Source: Candidatus Sungiibacteriota bacterium
GTDB lineage: Bacteria; Patescibacteriota; Minisyncoccia; Sungbacterales; HO2-52-23
Direction: 5' to 3'
NCBI GenBank assembly: GCA_016196115.1
Contig: JACPYI010000002.1
Span: 35,976-99,975, forward strand
Length of the DNA stretch: 64,000 nucleotides
A model generated the notes under the pieces. That model had not been told where the DNA came from, ran no database searches, and saw only the letters and a list, made by a program, of their open reading frames with translations. Made by a program: the position numbers and the translations under genes. Below, piece by piece: positions 55,857 through 64,000 of this stretch (position 1 is the stretch's first letter; each line of letters opens with the position of its first letter).

Positions 55857-57164
55857 TGAGACCGTAGAACAATACACACTTCAGAACTGGTATGCGTCCT
55901 GAAAAGCATGTCTCGCTGCTACGGGTAGAGAGATAATCTCCTGATTACCACCCTGCCTGTGGCAGTGATGAGGGGGTTTCAAGGTTCTTTAATGTTGTGA
56001 GGCAACTTGCAGAGGAAGGAGAAGAGTTACGATGCGCTTTAAGTTCATCATAAGGTAGGTCAGGAGACCTTGCACGTGTACTTTCCATCTCCCCCGATAC
56101 CGTGCGGTGCCCAGATGATGCCAGCGTTTACCTTCGGCGTACTTTCGCTCCACGTTATGGCGCTGATGCTTGAGATGAAGGTAGTGGGTATTCCATCTTT
56201 TCTGTGCTCGCTCCTCATGCATATTGTTACGGGGAATCGTGTAGTCAAGGATACCTCGTTGGTAAAGAGCTTGTGCATTACCCACATATGCCTTGTCTCC
56301 TCCCTGCTTACGAATGGTATCCTCACCCCGTGCATCCCGTTCCTTGTCTACGAGAGACGCAAGCATTGACCCGTCGCTTACTGACGCATCGGTTGTTTCT
56401 ACTGCTGTTACCAGTTCTGTTTTGGCGTCCTGATTGATGTGACTCTTGTACCCATACCAGCGTTTGCTGCCCGGAGCAGTCCCTTTTGTGCCAAATCCCG
56501 CATCTGGATCAGAGGTATTGCGGGAGATCCATCTGTGATCCTGCTCACCCTTCTTGTCTTTCAGGCATCGCGCCACATCAACATCTGCCTTGATATCGGT
56601 CGCATCCGCATTCCGTTTGCTTGAAATCTCAATACCCAGACGCTCTGCTTCTTCAAGTATTCGGTAAAACAGTCGTTCAAAGGCATCGATCCCGATCCGC
56701 TCCTTGAACTTTCCAATCTCTGTCCAGTGAGGAATTGCATCAGTCATACTCATCCCGATAAAGTAGCGGTACATGATATTGAGGTCTGTCTGTTCGCACA
56801 CAACCCGTTCAGATAGGTTGTAGAGATTCTGGAGGATCAGCAGTTTGAAGATGATCAGGGGGTGGTAGGCGTGCTGACCAATTGTTGCATAACAATCCGC
56901 TACCTCTGACTCCACAAATGACCAATCAATGAGCTGCTGCATTCTAACAAGGAGGTGGTCTTGATGCCGGTCAATGACAGATTGGTACGCATAGGAGCCA
57001 AAGAGTGAATTGTTGAATCCTTCTTGATTTTTGAACATAGAGATGTATGGTTAATTGGCGAATAATATACCTATTGTACCACACACATCCCTGTTTGAGA
57101 TGGGGAAAACAAACACGAAAGGTCGTATCAGTTGTTCAAGGGGCGGTATTGTTCTACGGTCTCA
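55857..57164. mobile_element. IS5-family insertion sequence (about 1.3 kb) with 19-bp terminal inverted repeats
   Basis: TIR TGAGACCGTAGAACAATAC at 55857-55875 and its reverse complement at 57146-57164 (18 of 19 match), enclosing a single DDE transposase gene. No clear target-site duplication. Confidence 0.75.
55989..57038 (-). CDS. IS5/IS1182-type DDE transposase
   Basis: 349 aa. DDE_Tnp_1-like regions (N-terminal HTH, DKAYVGN, C-terminal YRGRW). Confidence 0.8.
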   Translation of the reverse strand: MFKNQEGFNNSLFGSYAYQSVIDRHQDHLLVRMQQLIDWSFVESEVADCYATIGQHAYHPLIIFKLLILQNLYNLSERVVCEQTDLNIMYRYFIGMSMTDAIPHWTEIGKFKERIGIDAFERLFYRILEEAERLGIEISSKRNADATDIKADVDVARCLKDKKGEQDHRWISRNTSDPDAGFGTKGTAPGSKRWYGYKSHINQDAKTELVTAVETTDASVSDGSMLASLVDKERDARGEDTIRKQGGDKAYVGNAQALYQRGILDYTIPRNNMHEERAQKRWNTHYLHLKHQRHNVERKYAEGKRWHHLGTARYRGRWKVHVQGLLTYLMMNLKRIVTLLLPLQVASQH

Positions 57165-57184
57165 GTATAGACCCAAGAAGTATC

Positions 57185-57224
57185 TTGTCAATTGATTGAC
57201 AATAGATTAATTTTATAGTAAACT
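57185..57224 (+). promoter_or_regulatory. operator-like palindrome TTGTCAAttgaTTGACAA overlapping a TTGACA-17-TAAACT promoter
   Basis: Palindrome at 57185-57202. The -35 ttgaca is at 57196-57201 and the -10 taaact at 57219-57224. Lies upstream of the 57287 ORF. Confidence 0.45.
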
Positions 57225-57286
57225 CGTATTAATTTTCAATGATCTATAGCGTGATTAAACTGGCGGATAAAATCAGGAGAGGGATC

Positions 57287-57649
57287 ATGGAAATTGCTGA
57301 TATAGCAGAAGTTAAAGTTCTTTTTGAGAGAAATAAGTACCTACTAGTTAAAGTTTCGGCACCGGACGGTTCTGAAAAGTTTATTGTGCGAACTGGGCCC
57401 GATCCAGGTCTTCATAAACAAATCTGGCGCAATATTATTCAAGAATTGTCCGGATTTAAGGTACGGCGTTTCGGAGGCGGATCACTCTTTGTTGACGAAC
57501 AGTCCAAGCACATAAAAATCTCTGATTTCAGTGGTGATTACGGACTTGCTGACCATAACAAAACGGCAAAGATACTTGCGCAACAAGAGTGTTTTCGTGA
57601 ATACTCTATTGAAACGCACTTTCCCAAAGATTTGAAAGTGGTTCAATAA
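57287..57649 (+). CDS. hypothetical protein (about 120 aa)
   Basis: ATG preceded by AGGAGAG. No recognisable domain. Confidence 0.4.
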   Translation: MEIADIAEVKVLFERNKYLLVKVSAPDGSEKFIVRTGPDPGLHKQIWRNIIQELSGFKVRRFGGGSLFVDEQSKHIKISDFSGDYGLADHNKTAKILAQQECFREYSIETHFPKDLKVVQ

Positions 57650-57722
57650 AGTCTCCCACCCTTATCATGAGAGCTTCCCCTCAAGGAAGCTCTCATTTTT
57701 TAATATCGATAATTTATACGAG

Positions 57723-60700
57723 TTACAAATTCTTCCGGTACCCCGTCCCTGCGGGGATGAGGCGGCCGATGATGACGTTTTCTTTTAATCCTTTGAGTTC
57801 GTCTTTGCGGCCTCGGATGGCGGCGTCTATGAGGACCCTGGCGGTTTCCTGGAAGGAGGCGGCGGAGAGAAAAGAAGAGGTGGAAAGGGAGACGCGGGTG
57901 ATGGCCATAAGAAGCTGGTAGGCGGTCGCCGGCTTTTTGCCGGCTTTGACGCATGAGCGGTTGGCGTTGCGGAATTCGAATTTCTCGACCACCTCGCCGG
58001 CGCTGAATTCGGTGTCTCCGGCGTCTTTGATCTTGACGCGCGAGAACATCTGCTTGACCACGATCTCGATGTGCTTGTCGTTGATGGGCGCGCCCTGCAG
58101 AGAATAGATTTTCTGCACCTCTTTGATCACATAGCGCTCGACGGCATCCTTGCCGGCAAACTTGAAAAGCTCGCGAAGATCCGCATGGCCTTCGGAAAGA
58201 ATGTCGCCGCGCTTGATCGTGGAGCCGAGCTTCACTAATATGCCGATTCCCGGCGCTACGCGGAATTCTCGGATGCCGCCGTCATCCACGACTCCCTTCT
58301 TTTTTGATTTTGATTTCTTCGCGGTTTTTGCGTTTTCATCCGGCAGCATTTCGATCTTGATCACCCACTCGCGGCCGACTTCGGACATCTCGATCACCTC
58401 GCCCGAAACATCGCTCACAATCGCCTTGCCTTTGGGCGGGCGCACCTCGAAAATTTCTTCCACGCGCGGCAGACCGCTCGTGATGTCCGTGCCTCCGGCA
58501 ACCCCTCCCTGGTGGAACGTGCGCATGGTGAGCTGGGTGCCCGGCTCGCCGATTGCCTGTGCGGCAACTATGCCGACTGCCTCGCCCAAGCGCACAAGCA
58601 TGTTTTTGCCAAGATCAAATCCGTAGCACTGCTGGCATACGCCCCGCAAACTCCGGCACGTGATGGGAGAGCGCACCACCAGGCGCTGGACTTTTTTCTC
58701 ATCAAGCAGTTTGACGCGCTCGTAGTCCACGATCTCGCCTTTCGCAACCACCATATTTCCGTCCGCATCCAGCGCATCCTCAAAGAGCACGCGGCCGAAT
58801 GCGCGGCTCGCAAGAGGCTTATTGATCTCCTCCGAGTCCTTTGCGAGAATTTCATATCCGTTTTTGATCTTGCAATCGGGTTCGGTCACGATCACGTCCT
58901 GCGATACGTCAACGAGCCGGCGCGTCAGGTATCCTGCCGCAGACGTGCGGAGGGCCGTATCCGCAGTTCCTTTTCGAGCTCCGTGCGTGGAGATGAAGAA
59001 TTCAAGCACGTTCAAACCCTCTTTATATGATGACAGCACCGGCAGCTCGATAATGCGCCCTGCCGGGTTTACCACCAGCCCCTTCATGCCGGACATCTGG
59101 CGCAGCTGGGTCCAGGATCCGCGCGCGCCGGAGTTGACGAGCGTTGAGATGGAGCCGGCCGGATCAAGCGCGGTCGGCACGAGCTTGGTCACCTTCTCAA
59201 CCACTCCGGTCCAGATTTCCACGATCCGCGCGTAGCGTTCGCGCTCGGTAAGCAGCCCGCGCTGGTACTGGTCGATCACGCTGTTTACCTCCTCTTCTGC
59301 CTTGCCGATCAGCGCCGTCTTCTCTTTCGGGATCACGAGATCGCCCATGCCCCACGATATGCTCGAGACCGTCGCATATGTAAAACCGAAGTCCTTAATA
59401 TTGTCCAAAATCTGGGGCGTGCCTTCAATCCCGTATTTCTTGATGACCCGCGCCACAATGTCTCCGAGATCGCGGCTGCGAAGATGATTGTTTACGTACG
59501 GGAAATCAGGCGGCAGCGCACGATTGAATAAAATCCTGCCGACTGATGTTTCAATAATTTCGGTTTCCTGAAAATCGGCGGACGTTTCATCCGGATACAA
59601 TTTCGCTTTAGGCGTGCGCACTTTTATTTTCGCCTGCAGATCAACAATGCCAAAATCCTTGGCAAGCACGGCCTCCTGCTCCGAGCCGAATATCTTTCCT
59701 TCTCCGGTCAGTCCGTCTTTGACCGTGGTCGCGAAATAGCATCCGAGCACCATGTCCTTGGTCGGGTCAACAATAGGGCCCCCGGTCGCGGGCTTGAGCA
59801 AATTTTTAGCCGAGAGCATGACGTTACGCGCCTCGTCCTGCGCCTCGTCCGTGAGCGGCAAGTGCACCGCCATCTGGTCTCCGTCAAAGTCCGCGTTGAA
59901 CGCGGGACACACCATGGGGTGGATTTGGATGGCATCGCCCTCGATCAGAATCGGCTGAAATGCTTGGATGCCGAGCCGGTGCAATGTTGGCGCGCGGTTG
60001 AGGAGAATACAGCGTCCTTTGATCACTTCTTCCAGCACTTCCCACACGTGCGGATCCTGGTCTTCAATGAGTTTGCCGGCGCCGCGCACATTGTGCGCAA
60101 CCTCGCGCTCGATGAGCTTACGGATCACGAACGGCTTGAACAACTCAAGCGCCATTTTTTTCGGCAGCCCGCACTGGTGCAGTTTCAAATACGGACCCAC
60201 CACGATCACGGATCGTCCCGAATAATCCACGCGCTTGCCCAGAAGATTTTGACGGAAGCGGCCCTGTTTTCCTTTGAGGATGTCGGCAAGGGACTTCAAA
60301 GGTCTTCGCTGCACCTGCGAGGCAACGGGCGTGGTGCCGCGGCGGATTGAATTGTCTATCAGAGCGTCCACGGCCTCCTGCAGCATGCGCTTTTCGTTTC
60401 GCGTGATCACGTCGGGCGCCACAAGTTCATGCAAACGCTTGAGCCGGTTGTTGCGGTTGATCACGCGGCGGTACAGATCATTAAGGTCGGACGTGGCATA
60501 GCGGCCGCCGTCAAGCTGCACCATGGGGCGCAGATCCGGCGGGATAATCGGGATTTGCGTCAGAAACATCCATTCGGGGCGTACGCCGGAGCGGATCATG
60601 CCGCGGATCACCGCAAGGCGGCGTTCGGTTTTGTGGCGCTGGATCGGCGTCTGATTGGGCAGCTCAAGCGTGAGCGTTGATTCAAGTTCCACCAGATCAA

Positions 60701-61370
60701 TACTTTGCAAAATATCGCGGATGGCCTCGGCGCCGATTGCGGCGTCAAACACCTCACCGAATTTTTTCGAAAGCCGGTGGTACTCGACTTCCGAGATCAC
60801 GTCGTGGAATGAGATGGAGCGCAACTCATCTTTGATCTTTTCTTTCGCGTCTTTGAGCCGGGCGATTTCTTCCTTACCCGCGTCTTTTGATTTTTGCTTG
60901 AACTCGCGTTCAATCTCATCAAGCGCCGTGAGCCGTGCCTGCTCGTCAACGCGCGTGATCACATAGCCCGCAAAGTAGATCACCTTTTCAAGATTGCCCA
61001 CGGACATGTCGAGCATGAGCCCGACTTTCGACGGCACGCCGCGCAAAAACCAGATATGACTCACCGGAGCCGCAAGCGAAATATGCCCCATGCGCTCGCG
61101 CCGCACGATCGCGCGCGTCACCTCCACCCCGCACTTGTCGCAGACAATCCCCTTGTACCGGATCCGGCGGTACTTCCCGCAGTAGCACTCCCAGTCCTTA
61201 ACCGGCCCGAAAATCCGCTCGTCAAACAACCCATCGCGCTCCGGCTTGGCGGTCCGGTAATTGATCGTCTCCGGCTTGGTCACCTCTCCGAACGACCACG
61301 CCAAAATATTCTCCGGCGAGGCCAGCTTGAGCGAAATCCCCTCAAAATCAGTCAGCGATGATTGTTCCAT
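57723..61370 (-). CDS. rpoC: DNA-directed RNA polymerase subunit beta'
   Basis: ASPENILAWSFGEVTKPETINYRT, the Zn-binding CxxC..CxxC motif, NADFDGD catalytic motif, and the rest of the beta' protein. Start taken at MEQSSL, since the upstream ATG lies inside the repeat element. Confidence 0.95.
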   Translation of the reverse strand: MEQSSLTDFEGISLKLASPENILAWSFGEVTKPETINYRTAKPERDGLFDERIFGPVKDWECYCGKYRRIRYKGIVCDKCGVEVTRAIVRRERMGHISLAAPVSHIWFLRGVPSKVGLMLDMSVGNLEKVIYFAGYVITRVDEQARLTALDEIEREFKQKSKDAGKEEIARLKDAKEKIKDELRSISFHDVISEVEYHRLSKKFGEVFDAAIGAEAIRDILQSIDLVELESTLTLELPNQTPIQRHKTERRLAVIRGMIRSGVRPEWMFLTQIPIIPPDLRPMVQLDGGRYATSDLNDLYRRVINRNNRLKRLHELVAPDVITRNEKRMLQEAVDALIDNSIRRGTTPVASQVQRRPLKSLADILKGKQGRFRQNLLGKRVDYSGRSVIVVGPYLKLHQCGLPKKMALELFKPFVIRKLIEREVAHNVRGAGKLIEDQDPHVWEVLEEVIKGRCILLNRAPTLHRLGIQAFQPILIEGDAIQIHPMVCPAFNADFDGDQMAVHLPLTDEAQDEARNVMLSAKNLLKPATGGPIVDPTKDMVLGCYFATTVKDGLTGEGKIFGSEQEAVLAKDFGIVDLQAKIKVRTPKAKLYPDETSADFQETEIIETSVGRILFNRALPPDFPYVNNHLRSRDLGDIVARVIKKYGIEGTPQILDNIKDFGFTYATVSSISWGMGDLVIPKEKTALIGKAEEEVNSVIDQYQRGLLTERERYARIVEIWTGVVEKVTKLVPTALDPAGSISTLVNSGARGSWTQLRQMSGMKGLVVNPAGRIIELPVLSSYKEGLNVLEFFISTHGARKGTADTALRTSAAGYLTRRLVDVSQDVIVTEPDCKIKNGYEILAKDSEEINKPLASRAFGRVLFEDALDADGNMVVAKGEIVDYERVKLLDEKKVQRLVVRSPITCRSLRGVCQQCYGFDLGKNMLVRLGEAVGIVAAQAIGEPGTQLTMRTFHQGGVAGGTDITSGLPRVEEIFEVRPPKGKAIVSDVSGEVIEMSEVGREWVIKIEMLPDENAKTAKKSKSKKKGVVDDGGIREFRVAPGIGILVKLGSTIKRGDILSEGHADLRELFKFAGKDAVERYVIKEVQKIYSLQGAPINDKHIEIVVKQMFSRVKIKDAGDTEFSAGEVVEKFEFRNANRSCVKAGKKPATAYQLLMAITRVSLSTSSFLSAASFQETARVLIDAAIRGRKDELKGLKENVIIGRLIPAGTGYRKNL

Positions 61371-61380
61371 GATTTTTATT

Positions 61381-61447
61381 GTCATTCCCGCGAACGCGGG
61401 AATCCAGAGTCAATATGTCCTGGATTCCCGATCAAGTCGGGAATGAC
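61381..61447. repeat. double-hairpin repeat family, copy D, filling the rpoB-rpoC spacer
   Basis: gtcattcccgcgaacgcgggaatccag agtcaatatgtc ctggattcccgatcaagtcgggaatgac. Coordinates are plus or minus 1. Confidence 0.75.
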
Positions 61448-61458
61448 AGATCGGCAAT

Positions 61459-64000
<2,542 letters not shown>

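Noticed and set aside
57781-61380. 1-nt disagreement between manually indexed sequence positions and ORF-track coordinates for rpoC, rpoB and nearby ORFs
   Set aside because: This is most likely my own miscount of one printed line, not a real frameshift. rpoC is a continuous 1220-aa ORF in the track. I used track coordinates and flagged plus or minus 1 on the repeat copy D.

Overview
The window reads as a compact, gene-dense bacterial chromosome segment; small minimal genes, no respiratory genes and a large repetitive surface protein suggest a CPR/Patescibacteria-like organism, but that is inference from content only. Most genes are housekeeping, and from about 34.5 to 49.1 kb they form one long minus-strand array. 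Recognised genes are: pyrG (5' partial), rpmA, a Cas4-like PD-(D/E)XK nuclease, a XerC/D-type recombinase, an M23 peptidase, gltX, murG-ftsW-murD, a NADAR protein, D-aminoacylase, LemA, a short-form mfd, dprA, topA, parB-parA, tRNA-Leu(CAA), folD-glyA, dcd, leuS, tatD, metG, an AI-2E transporter, an M16 peptidase, glyQS, a pilin, recO (N-terminal domain only), a thiol/copper-type redox module with an embedded HepT/MntA toxin-antitoxin pair, xseA/xseB, obg, murC, recA, a RodZ-like protein, ftsK, one IS5-family insertion sequence, rpoC, and rpoB (3' partial, runs off the window end). Non-housekeeping signals worth a second look are: (1) a Nudix-like domain of about 150 aa inserted in-frame inside leuS; (2) a family of compound double-hairpin repeats (gtcattcccgc..gcgggaatccag / ctggattcccg..cgggaatgac) sitting in tiny operon spacers, including rpoB|rpoC and xseA|xseB, with compensatory stem changes; (3) a second set of very long (19-21 bp stem) perfect hairpins in operon spacers, two of which share a near-identical core; (4) an in-frame palindromic insertion inside mfd; (5) the Trx-like/DoxX/CcdA/His-rich/CuA-type cupredoxin cluster carrying the HepT/MntA pair. 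No CRISPR array and no rRNA were found. Coordinates of non-ORF features between about 57.8 and 61.4 kb may be off by 1 nt, because my manual line indexing disagrees with the ORF track by one base there; ORF-track coordinates are used for genes.
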